DNA of 64,000 bases, from the NCBI GenBank assembly GCA_003427395.1, contig BFEA01000046.1, forward strand, positions 2,754,509 through 2,818,508, written 5' to 3'. The DNA comes from Chara braunii. Its lineage: Eukaryota > Plantae > Charophyceae. Each line of letters opens with the position of its first letter. Within the stretch, counting starts at the first letter, position 1. Of the stretch, positions 50,595-63,163 are shown in pieces. The notes under the pieces are model-generated. The model made no database searches. It was not told where the DNA came from and was given only the letters and a program-made list of their open reading frames with translations. A program made the translations under genes and the position numbers.

Positions 50595-52420
50595 CTCTCC
50601 ACCTTCCTCCTCTGCCCCTATCAACCATCCACCATAGCTAACCACCTCGCGCCTCTTTCCTCCTCCACCTCCATCACCAACCCACCATAACCAACCACCT
50701 CACACCTTCTTCCTCCTCCACCTCCTTCACCCATCCGCCATAGTCAATCACTTCATACCTTCTTCCTCCCCCATCTCAATCACCCATCCACCATAGCCAA
50801 TAACCTCACACCTTCTTCCTCCTCCACCTCCATCACCCATCCACCATAGCCAACCACCTCACACCTTTTTCCTCCTCCATCTCCATCACCTATCCACCAT
50901 AGCCAACCACCTCACACATTCTCCCTCCTCCACCCCGCTCACCCATCCACCATACCCAACACCTCACACCTCCTTCATCCTCCACCTCCGTCACCCATCC
51001 GCCATAGCTAACCATCCCCAATCTTCTTCCTCCTTCATCTCCTTCACCCATCCACCATGGTCAACCACCTCACACCTCCTACCTCCTTCACCTCCATCGC
51101 CCATCCACCATAGCCAACCACCTCACACCTTCTTCCACCTCCACCTCCTTTATCCATCCACCATAGCCAACCACATGACTCCTCTCTCCTCCTCTGCCTC
51201 CATCGCCCATACGCCATAGCCAACCCCCTCACACCTTCTTCCTCCACCTTCTTCACCTATCCACCATAGCTAACCACCTCACACCTTCTTCCCTCTCCAC
51301 CTCCACCCATCAACTATAGCTAACTGCATCACACTTTTTTCCTCCTCCCCCTCCATCACCCATCTACCTTAGCCGACCACCTCACACCTTCGTCCTCCTC
51401 CGCCTCCTTTAGGCAACCACCTCGCACCTCCTTCCTCGTCAACCACCTCACACCTACTTCCTCGTCAACCACCTCACACCTCCTAACTCCTTCACCTCCA
51501 TCGCCCACCCATCATAGCCAACCACCTCACACCTTTTTCCACCTCCACCTCCTTCACCCATCCACCATAGCCAACCACCTCACACCTCTTTCCTCCTCTG
51601 CCTCCATCGCCCATACGCCATAGCCAACCCCCTCATACTTTCTTCCCCCTCCACCTCCTTCATCCATCCACCATAGCTAACCACCTCACACCTTCTTCCC
51701 CCTCCACCTCCTTCACCCATCAACTATAGCCAACTGCATCACACTTTTTTCCTCCTCCCCTTCTATCACCCATCCACCTTAGCCAACCACCTCACACCTT
51801 CGTCCTCCTCCGCCTCCTTTAGGCAACTACCTCACACCTCCTTCTTCCTCCACCTCCATTACCCGTCCATCATAGCCAACCACCTCACACGTTCTTCCTC
51901 CTCCACCTCCACCTTTCCACCATAGCTAGCCACCTTCCACCTTCTTCCTCCTCCACCTCCTTCACCCATTCCTTATGGCCAACCACCTCACACCTTCCTC
52001 CTCCTCCACCTCCTTTACCTATCCACCATAATCGACCACCTCACACCTCTTTCCTCGTCCACCTCCATCACCCATTCACCATAATTGACCACCTCACACC
52101 TTCTTCCTCCTCCACCTCCTTCACTCATCCACCGTAGTCAACCACCTCACACCTCCTTCCTCCTCCACCTCCATCACCCAGCCACCATAGGTAGCCGCCT
52201 CCCACCTTCTTCCTCCCCGACCTCCTTCACGCATCCACCACGGCCAACCACCTCACAACTTCTTCCTCCTTCACCTCCATCATCCATCCAGCATAGTCAA
52301 CCACCTCACACCTTTTTTCTCCTCCACCTCTATCACCCATCCACCATAGCGGACCACCTCACACCTTCTTCCTCCTCCGTCTCAAGCACCCATCCACCAT
52401 AACCAACCACTACACACCTT
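50595..52420 (+). repeat. C-rich 53-bp minisatellite (about 34 units)
   Basis: Unit CCACCTCACACCTTCTTCCTCCTCCACCTCCATCACCCATCCACCATAGCCAA; anchors at 50791 and 50844 give the 53-bp period. Confidence 0.95.
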
Positions 52421-52544
52421 ATGCCCCCCACCTTATTCGCCGAGCGACGCCATGTTCAAAGGAATATGTGATTGCGAAACATAGAAGGGGTCTTAGGTAG
52501 GACGGTAGGACATGCAAGGGATAAGTTTTGATTAGACATAAGGA

Positions 52545-52575
<31 letters not shown>

Positions 52576-53949
52576 CCCCCCTTCTCTCCTTATTTGTTGA
52601 ATCCCCCTCATCTACCCCTCCCATAAGTTTAATCTTCATTGTTCTCTTTTTTTTTTTTTTCTTTTGGGCATGCCACTAACCCTCCCCCATTCACTTGTCC
52701 CATTGTTAGGGGACAAACGGTGAAAGAACTTTTATCGCACTAGGTGGAAAGAGAGGGGAACGGGAGGGATGTCGGTCCCTTGCGCCACCAAGAAGAAAAA
52801 ATTATTGAGGATTGAAAGGACCAGTAAGCACAGGGGACTTGAGGGTTGACAAAGTCCCAAGGATTGAAGAAACTTGTTGAGTGAAAGAGAGGTCAGTGGA
52901 CTCGACCAATAGCCCGACTGCATGTGAGAGAAGAAGAGGATGGTTTGGACAATGGAAAGGAATGGAGAAGGAAGAAACCAATAGACAAAGAGAATAGGCA
53001 TGCGGGAGGGATTATGTGTTGACCCCGAATAGGGGTTGTGCTTGTTCCTATATTGCATTGAATGTGCAGGTGAGTAACCGCCTAAGATGTCTTGAGCGGG
53101 ATAACACCCAGTTGGGCTGAGCGGTATAAGGACAGAAGTTGAATGAGTTGTGAACGTAACACTCACATATGAATGAGTTTTATGTTGCATGGCGTTCGCA
53201 CTTTGAAAGAAAATGTGGTTTGAATGGTTGGATGTCTGCGGGAGCGACGGATGGTCAAAAGGGTCACTAAATCACGTATGGGCAGGACCCCGAAAGGACT
53301 AACGGGTGTAATGAGATGCGACGTGAAATGTGATTGATGCATGAAGATAGAGGAAGCAAGCACTTAAATCGGTTTGAGGCTCGAGCAGAGGGCGCCCTAG
53401 TGAGGCGACAACGGTCATCGTGACTTAATCAACATGCCTAAGTCGAGGGGCGGCTCTCTACCTTGATGACGCCGTTAGACAATACACTTAGTGAATGGAT
53501 GCGTGACCCAAGGAGACGTTTGGCCTATGCATAGAAGATACACTTTCAAAGGACTCTCTGGACTGCTTGAGTATTGGAAGGAGCGATTGTATGCGGACAT
53601 AACAAAGTATCAAGAAAAGGACCCTTGCGAAGAATCACTGAGACTACCCACCTCGCGCGAGAGTTAAGCTACATCCCCAATCTCAAAGTTCTCTCGCTCG
53701 TTGGCCCACCTCTATTCATCTCAAAACACTTGGTGGGGGTTGACTCTGTGACGAATGGCTCCGCGCCCTGAGCATGAGCGTGGGCGGAGCCGAGCCAACT
53801 TAGACCCGATGAAGGGTCGACTTAGGCTCGAAAGTCTATCAAGGTGGGGCCCTACACAATGCCTTCTCTACTTCCTTGGAGGCGAACCTCCACGATCTTC
53901 CCATTGTTTTCTTGATACCCTACTTCCGTACTGCCTGCTCTCTTCTGCC

Positions 53950-54464
53950 GGTTTTTTTTTTTTTTTTATTACTGGTCTCCGCTTAGCTTTCTTCGGTGTA
54001 TTTCATACCTTAATAGATCTTAGGTTGCCCGACAGTGACCAGTGCCTTATCAATGTGCTATTGACAAATTTTAATTTTGCATGATCTTCACTAGTGAATA
54101 AAGGCAGCGCGACATATTGGTGAGCACCCATCTTTCTTAACCAGTTGTATAACTGCGTCCTTCGCTTAGTCCTTTTCTGCCCTTGACTGAAATGCTCTCA
54201 CCAATACGCCCACAACCCTCTCTTAGTTAGACCGATGTATATTTGCTTATAGCATAAGGATATTAACATATACACATAACTCGTTGGCTCCGATAGCTCC
54301 AATTTCCCTTTTTCCACGTCGTCCCACCAATAGTCTAAAGATTCCTCTCCCCATTTCAAATACCTTTCCAAAATCAGCCCCCTTGTAGCCGCACGAAGAA
54401 GCCCTTCATCTATTTTACACTTACTGTTATTATATAATCTATGATCGCACAGTCGTTTGATCAC
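53950..54464 (-). pseudogene. GIY-YIG endonuclease remnant (Penelope-like retroelement)
   Basis: SYVYMLISLCYKQIYIGLTKRGLWAYW*EH...QLYNWLRKMG matches the GIY-(X10)-YIG signature. No RT motif recognised downstream. Confidence 0.7.
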
Positions 54465-54494
54465 CTTAAGGTAGTCGTCGTGACAACAAACTCC

Positions 54495-55600
54495 TCATTC
54501 AGATTCCTCCTCGAAGTATGATGATTCGAATCCGAAAAATTCCAAAATACTCTCGTCCTTGACTTTCTTGATGACAACTTCTTTGGTATCGTTCGTCTTA
54601 GTGGGTGTTGTCGACAACAATGAGATATTCGATGGATTATAGGTCACTACCGATTTCGGGATAACCTGCCTCTTGATGGCCAATTCACGGTTTTCATATG
54701 CCACCTTCTCGCGCCGACATGCTTCATTGAGTTCATCGATGGTCAATGCATTATAGAGGTTATGGAAGTCTAGCTCAGATTTCTCCTTACCACCAACACA
54801 ACATGACGTCAAGATGTGCTTAAGTGAGGGATCAATTTTTAATGGTGCGCTCGTCGTACCAGGATCCGTGCTAGGTTCACTCTTAAGTTGCTCTATATGC
54901 GTTTCTGATTCCTCTGTCAATTTGGCGTTCGATTTCTAGACTATTCCCAACTAGCAATTTTGAACCCCGCTTCCGTTTTTCCACCATGTTTAACTTTATC
55001 GCCATCATTCTCAATGTTAAGAGTTCCTCGTCCTCCACTTCGTAAGCAAAACCGAGGGTCTCCAAGGTGATCAGACATTACAGTCACTCCTTTTCGGCCT
55101 CAGGCCTACTTATCTTAACTATCGTTTTTTTTTTTCTTTTCTTGTACATCTCTCTTTCTTTCTCCCGATCCTTACGCATCTCGCTTCGCACTATTCATAG
55201 TAACTGAGCATCACGCTCCGCCTTAAGCCCCATTTGCTCTTCATATCATGACAATCTTTTATTCTCTCTCAGACGCCCCTCCTCCTCTTCCTTATGTTGT
55301 CTCGACTCCTTTGCTTCACGCTTTACACGAAGTCTTCGTTCTTCCGCCATCTGTAGGAAATACTCCTGCATTAGTGCATTAGTGACATCTACTATCTCAC
55401 TTATTTCGCTGCCACTCTCTGTCGACCGGCTCTTTCGAGCCATCGTATTCATGCTCGTAGTAGTCAGTTTTCTCGTACTCATCGGAGCTGATGTTTGCGA
55501 TGATGGTACAAATGTACGTCAGAGCGCCCTCACCGGCCATAACTTCCCACAATCCCGAGTGAAGTGACCGCCTTCTCCACACTTGTAATATATTTTATTG
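54495..55600 (-). pseudogene. Decayed upstream ORF: CCHC knuckle, coiled coil and SAP/HeH-like helix
   Basis: ~55545..55590 on the minus strand reads YYKCGEGGHFTRDC. An E/R/K-rich coiled coil is in ORF 55246..55482. LTIDELNEACRREKVAY is in ORF 54495..54920. It lies directly upstream of the GIY-YIG remnant. Confidence 0.55.
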
Positions 55601-56051
55601 TCTGGCAGCAATCCCCCACTTCTTCCTCCTTCCATATTTTCTCTTGAAACTCAAGCTCCGCTTATCAGGCAGGTTACTAATTTTCTTGACTCTCTGCCAA
55701 ACCGACTTCTCATTCGTACTTCTTATTATCACATAGCATTCCGCACGCAGGCTCGTTTCCACTTCGTTGTAAGTCGTCACCTCCGCTAGGTATGATCTTC
55801 TTAGATGGTTACGATTTTGAATGATAATCATTGAAAGACTGCCAGATAAAACACGCAGTACAACACACTGACAAAGGTCATAGACGCTGCGTCATTAAAG
55901 CATCATCATTAATAAAAAGAGACTCATGCTAACACGTGATGTGACGCACCCGTCGTCATGTTGACGACCAATCCATTATCATTCCCTTTAGTCCACACCA
56001 CAGTCGTATCACCGCCACTCGACGGAAGAGGAGTGATTTTATTAGCACCGT

Positions 56052-56884
56052 GTTATTTATCCATTTGTCAATGAAATATCCTCCTGCTTTGATATCGGGT
56101 TGTCGGTACCTCGCCAAACCACTCCACACTTGACCCTTTCGATGGTTGTAGGGCCCATAAAATCAAACAATCATACGAATCTACTGATGTACCTTAGTTC
56201 TCCAACTGCCTATAGTCTATGGTTCAAAACCCAAAGTCGGAATTCAAAAGGTTCTGGACCGGTCAAACTACATCCCTAGAGGTCACCGGTTCAATGCCAA
56301 GTTGGTCGGATGGTCTAGTTGCTACCGGCTCATAGGGCAAACCCTGGTCACAATAAAGCATCCCTCCCTTTCAATTGGTAACGAGTTTGTGCCTCCCTTC
56401 AAGTGGTAACAAGCTCATGCCTCCCTCGCCCCCTTCGCAAAGAGAAATCATTATCGTTGGTGCCCTTCGTCCCCAGTTCAATGGAAAACATGTCCAACCA
56501 CCAAGACAATATCGATCTTGCACTCATGATCTTCACATGCATGTCATGGTAAATCACGTGCGTAATTCTTTTGAGTTTCGCAAGCTCCTTCCTTTTGATA
56601 TCGTTCATCCTTCATGGATACGAATGGTCCGGTATTACTATCGTTGGTTATGCGCACACCTTCTTGCAAACTACTATCATAATATTGCTTCACTCATGCC
56701 TCTCTTCCTTATCCGTAGTGTTCTCTACTCCTTAACTTGTAAGGAATACAATTTTTTTTTTAATTATGTCACTACGAATTTCCCTCCGGAAAGGGCATCA
56801 AGAACAGTCCGAGAGAACGTCGTGCCAACGTGGCCTACTCTCCATTGGGATTATTTGCATAATCTTCCGGGACAATTGCATTAG
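56052..56884 (+). pseudogene. Possible second, highly decayed GIY-YIG ORF
   Basis: VIYPFVNEISSCFDIGLS at 56052 and QREIIIVGALRPQFN in ORF 56375..56884 (different frames) resemble the first and last GIY-YIG motifs. Confidence 0.35.
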
Positions 56885-57006
56885 TTGATACAATATCCTT
56901 GCCAGATTTTTATGTATGTTGTTTCATATGATGGACCGGAGCTTGACCTCTATCTCCCTCCGTTTCTTGAAGGTCTTTGTCGTCGCATTTTTTTAATCTT
57001 TATCCT

Positions 57007-60000
57007 CCTCGTACGTTGTAGCATAGGGGGTACGAGTGGTCTCACGCCTCTATCGGACCCGAACACGAACTGACGCATTGGGGGCCTGAAGTCCCAAGTG
57101 TGACTTGTCGTCGGTCGACTAGGACGCATCCCACTCATACGCGTTACACCACACTTTAAAACATAAAAGTAAAAACATACTCAAACAACGCAACAACACT
57201 CTTAGTCCCTTTAGTATCCAAATCATAACCTTCCGACACAGAAATCGGTTAATTAATACGCGTGCGACTTAGTATACAACCACTCGGTCGCAGAGTCTTC
57301 TCATGCCGACTAGCAATGCAAGCATACATAAGCAGTCGCAATGATGTCGTACTATGTAGTACCCATAATCACACGGTCCTCGATGGTTTCGAGGGTTGTG
57401 TCCGACACTCAAGTGTTGACCGACACACGCCTACAGTAGTTAATCTCTCGATGCTAAACAATCGCCAAGGCGGTTGACCACCACACCCTCTTCTGCCCCT
57501 TGCGAAGAGTGGTGTTACTGGGTGGTACACAGGTTCAGACATGTGGTGGAAGTCATTTCTCGAGGTCGTGGAGACAAGCTCCATCAGCCAGGGTCTGGAA
57601 AGAAATCAAGGCTCGTATACCAAGCTCCAAAGTAAGGCTCGTATGCCAAGCTCCAAAAATACTTCCTCCAAAGTAAGGCTCGTATACCAAGTTCCAAAAA
57701 TACTAACCTGCATAAGGCACAATCACATACGAGAGCCACATTGTCATACTTCAAATTGAATGTGGTCAACTTTATTGTTCCCGGTAACTCACACCACACC
57801 TCACACAATCAAGCCTCAGCCATTGTTCAACTTTCCATAAGATCTCATCAGTTCTTTATAATGCTTATTAAACGAAGTCTGGTTAAAACCCTCAAAGAAA
57901 TATATTAAATTACAGGGCTAAGGCATGAAGTTGAGGTATAGGTGTAAGCAGAGTTGTGTCGTGAGCCGATGGATTGGCGATCAACCAACAGATGTATTAT
58001 CAGTGATAACACAATGTGATCCTCGTGGGATCAAGCTGAATCTAATCCAATCTTGAGTCGAATCAATCAACGAAAGACTTGTAGCATAAGACAGGTCAAT
58101 TCCCAAGGCTAGACTATCAGTGCATGAGGAATGAATCTCCATAGCACATCCTCACTCAAGATTCTCCTGATAACTAAGTCTAAGTCCACCTCTAAGTCAG
58201 TGCCCAAAGAAAGGTAGACCTATGGCAACATCTCCTATATGAAGGGTGGATCGTCCGAATCGCCACCTGTCAAAATATAATCTAACTCTTTGAAACTAAG
58301 AAAGTTTCGGCAGCGCTTTCCGTAGGAGAAGTGCTTTCTCAAAATTTATATTAGCCCGAATACAAAACCAAAATAATTAATTCTAGAAAGTCAAATTTTG
58401 TCTAAATCCCTGAATTAGTAAAACAATGGGCATCATCTCCTTTAGAGAGGTAGACTTCTCAGATTCATACTGACTCAGATATGAACTCAAACATAAGACT
58501 TTATTTTTATCAAGACAAAATTTAACTAGCTCCTTAGATTTGTAAAAATTTCAGCGACGCTTCCCGTAGAGAAAGTAACATTCCAAAATTTATACGAAAC
58601 TAAGCTCAAAACCTTAAATAATGCTGACTTTTCCAAAGTCAAATTTTGTCCAACTCCCTAAATTACCAAAAATTCGGGTAGCACTTCCCCTAGAAAAGAG
58701 GGTTTTCCATATTTTTACTAAGCCATATATAAACTTAAACAAAAAGTTGAACTTTGAAATCGAGATTTGACTAACTCTTTGGTTTCTTAGAAATTTCGGC
58801 AGCACTTCTTATAGGAGAAGTACCTTTCCAAGATTTATACAAAGCGAAGTATAACAAATGATCCCAAAAAATGCGAGAATTGACCTAAAAAAAAAAAAAA
58901 ATTACCTCAGAAAATGCAGAAATTGAACTAACTCGTATAACTCTAGTACGTGGCGAGCAACTAAAGCAACTACCTGTCAAATTGAAACTCAGACTAAGTA
59001 GAGATCTCACTCAACCACATACAAGGTCAGACCACAATGGTAAGCACTCTCACCCATTACTAAGTTAATTGCTCATAAAATAGTTCATAGACCCCTAAGA
59101 TGATTTATCATTCTATACTTAGCTTACATATGGCATGATGCTAGACTATTCTGCTTAGAAACAATGTCTAGCATGCCCTAGGATATACACGAACATGTTG
59201 CACAACTACTTTTCTCTTCTTTGGGCATATGACTATACCATTCTGCTTAGAAATCATGTCTAATCGCCCTGAAATGTTTAATGTCCAAAGTTTAATATTT
59301 TCGAACTTATTCTAAAAAAGAAAGAAAAATATAGGCAGGGGATTGAGTCATTTTGCTTAAAAACAATGCTCAACCTGCCCAAATTATTTTTTGTTGTGCT
59401 TTGTAGTTTCTCTTCTCTTCTTAGTGATATGACTTAACGTTAGACCATTCTGCTTAGAAACAATGTCAAGCCGCGTGTTCATATGCAAATATCATTAAAG
59501 TACTTCCAGTTATACTCAATTTACGCTTTTGTATGTGGTTTCAAGCTAAACCATTCTGCTTAGAAACAATGCTTAGCCTTCCACGAAGAGTCCTCCCTCA
59601 AATAAAACAAGAGATCGAACCCTTCAGCCAGGAAAACCCTCAAAAATAAACACATCAAGGAGGTCATTCTGTTTAGAAACAATGCCTGGTCCGTCAAAGA
59701 ACAACCAAATAAACATAGCCTTGGGTCATTATGTTTAGAAACAATGCCCAGTCTTTGGTTGACCCGGTTAAACGCATGCAAAACTTCCTTCGTCCCACCT
59801 TCCCCCCAGTTCATCCCTTAGTCTGCTTTCAGTAAAAATAAGAAGAAACTTAAGCTTTACATACGCATTCCTTCCACTCAGTCTGCTTAAGTCCTGAAAA
59901 TAATCAAAGTCATAAGGGAAAACATGCATACATCAGTCAAACTAAAGGGAAATAGTCAAACAGACAAGTAGTGGGTTCATCAAGTGAGAAGGAGGTATGC

Positions 60001-61527
60001 CTGACAGTTCTCCGCCTCCAGAATCTTGCCTAGGTTCCGGCAGAGTTTCCGCAATCGGTGGGCAGACTCCCCACAGAGTCTTGATGCGGTCCTACGAGTT
60101 GCAATCCCGCCTGCCGCCTTCCTCTCCAAACCAATAGACTAGACTGAGATTAAGTACGGCAGAGAGATAAATATTTAGTCACTCAGATATAAGAGAGGTG
60201 CACTCAAACTCACGTGAGAGGGTCTTGGTTTCTTCAATTGCCCGAAGGCCCCATAATAATTGTCAAAAAGTCTGTTGCAATTTGGTCAACTGAAGTCAAC
60301 TCTCCGACCGTTGACTCACTTATGACCTCTCAATTTGCAGCAATATCCCCTTTTAAAATTGTGGCGCCACCCCCTTTGTTTTGTTCGAAATGCCGACAAC
60401 AACGGGAAAACTCAACCAAAAGTCATTCGCACAGCAACTGCGCGCGACTGCAAGATACAGTATGATATATGGTGTCAATTACATCAAACTATAGCATTGT
60501 CAGTAAATCACTTTAATGCGTCGACATTTATTTAGCAGGATGCACATCGAAGCGCACCGTAGACCTTGAATGTACACCATAACAAGGTTCAACCGCACCT
60601 CAGCGAAGCACCACGGCAACACACAACAGTGGAGCACAGCCGCAAGTCTTAGCTGCGATGCACAACGCAATACTTGACAGAACGCAGCTAGCTCAATGCC
60701 ACAGCAACAACACACAACAACATCGTATAGTGATGAAGTGCAGAGACGAACACCGCAAGCGTGTTGTAAACACAATAACGCACTGTGGGAACTTTAGCAA
60801 GGGCCACTTAATCCACTCAAAGGCCATAACAGATGTAGCTTTCGGCTGTAACAGCCACTCTGAGTGTCATATCGGGACACATAGCTGTGAAACCCAGCAG
60901 CAAAGCGACAACAACAAGGCAAGAGAACGAGCAGCCCCACCTCTTCTTGGGCACTTTGTGCTCAAATTGCAGCTTCTACACAGTCTAGCAATCTACAGGT
61001 TGACAATGCATCCTGCTGACATTAGCAGCAACCACCGAAGTGCATGAACACGTTGACCTTGTAAAGTCGGCAATGTAGACCATCGCCAGGACCAAGTACA
61101 TGCCCTCACATCACCATCCTCATTCTCCTTTCTTAGTCTGTTCACATTCGAGTACCCCAATTCGGGGTCGCCGCTGGATTTGAGCTCAAGTCTGCAGTTC
61201 AACTGCTTCGTGAATCGTGTGTGCATCAACTGAGCAGCCTGCCAATATGCCCAATAAGAAGGAATCTTCCACACGAACATAGGAAGATACACCTACGAGA
61301 AGGATACCAATTACGTACCCCTCTCCTTCACCTTTCCCTCTTCAGACGTTTCCTCTCTAAATGCCCCTAGCCCGAAGATAAGACCAGGTCTACTCCGCTT
61401 TGGCTTCCTGCATCGTAACCAAGCAGGAACGAATGTGGTCGGCTAGAGGTGACTATGTCCCTCAATGCAGATTCGACCATGCAGATCTTTGCCTTGGCCA
61501 GGTACGTGCCCTGCACCCACTTCTTCT

Positions 61528-61582
<55 letters not shown>

Positions 61583-63163
61583 AGCAAAATCGGAATAAAT
61601 CTTTCGCTGAGGCGTGGGCAGATTCACAGCCAAATTCTGCACCGAGTCTGCCTTCGAGATTCAGCTTTGTAGTTGATCTCCTCAGTTCCTCCCCTGTCTC
61701 GTTCGCCCAGGTGGATGCGGCCCCACGAAGGAGAGGACACCTCACCGTCGAAGAGAACCACCGCACGCATGGAGAGAAAGCCGCGCTATGAGGAGAGATA
61801 CGATGAGCAGTTCCGGAATGAATTTCTCGCTAGAGAGCGGGAATATTCATTACTATTGAGAGGCCGTTATGGCCTCCGGCAGGCAGCCTATGAGCCACAT
61901 AGTGCCAAATCCGCAACGTCATCGGGGAATCCGACCACGTCATCGAGCTCGCCGTAGTCGAGAACCGCCATTCTGCCTTTTAGTTTGCTCGATTCCTTGT
62001 GGGATGGAGTGAGATCTCCGTTTTTCAAATCCTGCCATATCTTCTTCCCGACACCACTTGCACAGTGCTTTTCTCTACGAACACCCATCCTACTAATCTA
62101 TCCCCAAAACTAACATCGCCATCAGGCTTAGCCACCTTCAGAACCCCCATTTTGCATCTTACCTCGCTCGAATCCATCGAGGATCGAGCGAGATACAAAC
62201 TTTTCACTCCCATCATCTTTCCCTCTCGACACTCTCCGCGCACGACTTTTTCTATCTAACTTTCATTTCACTAACCCAAAGACGAATCTAATGCTTCCAC
62301 TGATTTCGCCCGGCCCAAAAACCCCAATCTAGCACTTTCTCTTGCCCGATTTCGATTAGAGATGAGTAAGTTACAGTTTCACTCTTCTGCCATAGCTCTA
62401 GCTACTCCCCCGTCGTTGTGCTCTTCTCTTCTGCGCACGCACCCGGCGCAGAAGCCCGTCCAGGTTCGTCCTCCTCTCTGCCTCCGTTTGCTTGTGCCAA
62501 ACTGCGCTCTAACGCAGCCACCGCACAGGGGCGGATGAACGCAGCCAGCGGGAGGGATCATGGAAATCGAAATCCGCTAAAGGAGTGTGTAACAATTCTC
62601 CTCTGGATCTGTCCGCCTGGACAGTAGCTGGCTTTGAAGCGTGCGGCATGTGCTCGACAGTAGTGGCTGCTCCGACGCCCGCGACAAGTAGGAGGGCAAA
62701 GGCCCGCTGCAAGGCCTGCAACGTGAGTCTTAGTGACGTGAATCCGGATGCAGAATTCAAGTGAGACATTTGAAGACTGAAGTGGGGGCGTGTTCCCTGG
62801 GAACAACGGCCTGAGCTAGGCGGCCCCCTCCTCGACGCTGAGTGGCCCCTGCCCAGGCATAGCACACCACCTTACGGGTCCCAACAGGTGCACTCACACT
62901 CAAACCTCTCACAGCAGATGGGGGGGGAGCGGACGGTGCACCGCAATGGCTGACCCCACCACTCAATCTTTCTCCTACACCTTGGGCCAACTTGAAGGGC
63001 GCACACCCAAGGTCCTTGACCGCCGTGTCGGCCACCCGTTGCAGTTTCAATCGCTCCCCGCTGTAGAGAAATTTCGCCAGCATCTCGAATACGCCGGAAC
63101 CCGAGCGGGCCCGTCGAATGAGGAGCGTGATCAAGGTCCTCGACTGAGGCGACGACCACCCGT
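57007..63163 (-). mobile_element. Giant LTR, minus-strand copy (3' terminal ~300 bp missing; 5' part interrupted at 63164)
   Basis: 57007..60350 is the reverse complement of the conserved LTR 3' half (compare 28600..32035). Assigning 60350..63163 as its variable 5' half is inferred from position. Confidence 0.75.
61533..61578. repeat. (CT)n microsatellite
   Basis: Direct reading; a shorter (CT)n lies at ~52545..52572. Confidence 0.95.

Noticed and set aside
59140-59750. CRISPR-like look: 20-bp repeats with unique 40-90-bp spacers
   Set aside because: Spacers are irregular and orthologous between LTR copies, there are no cas genes, and the context is a eukaryotic transposon.
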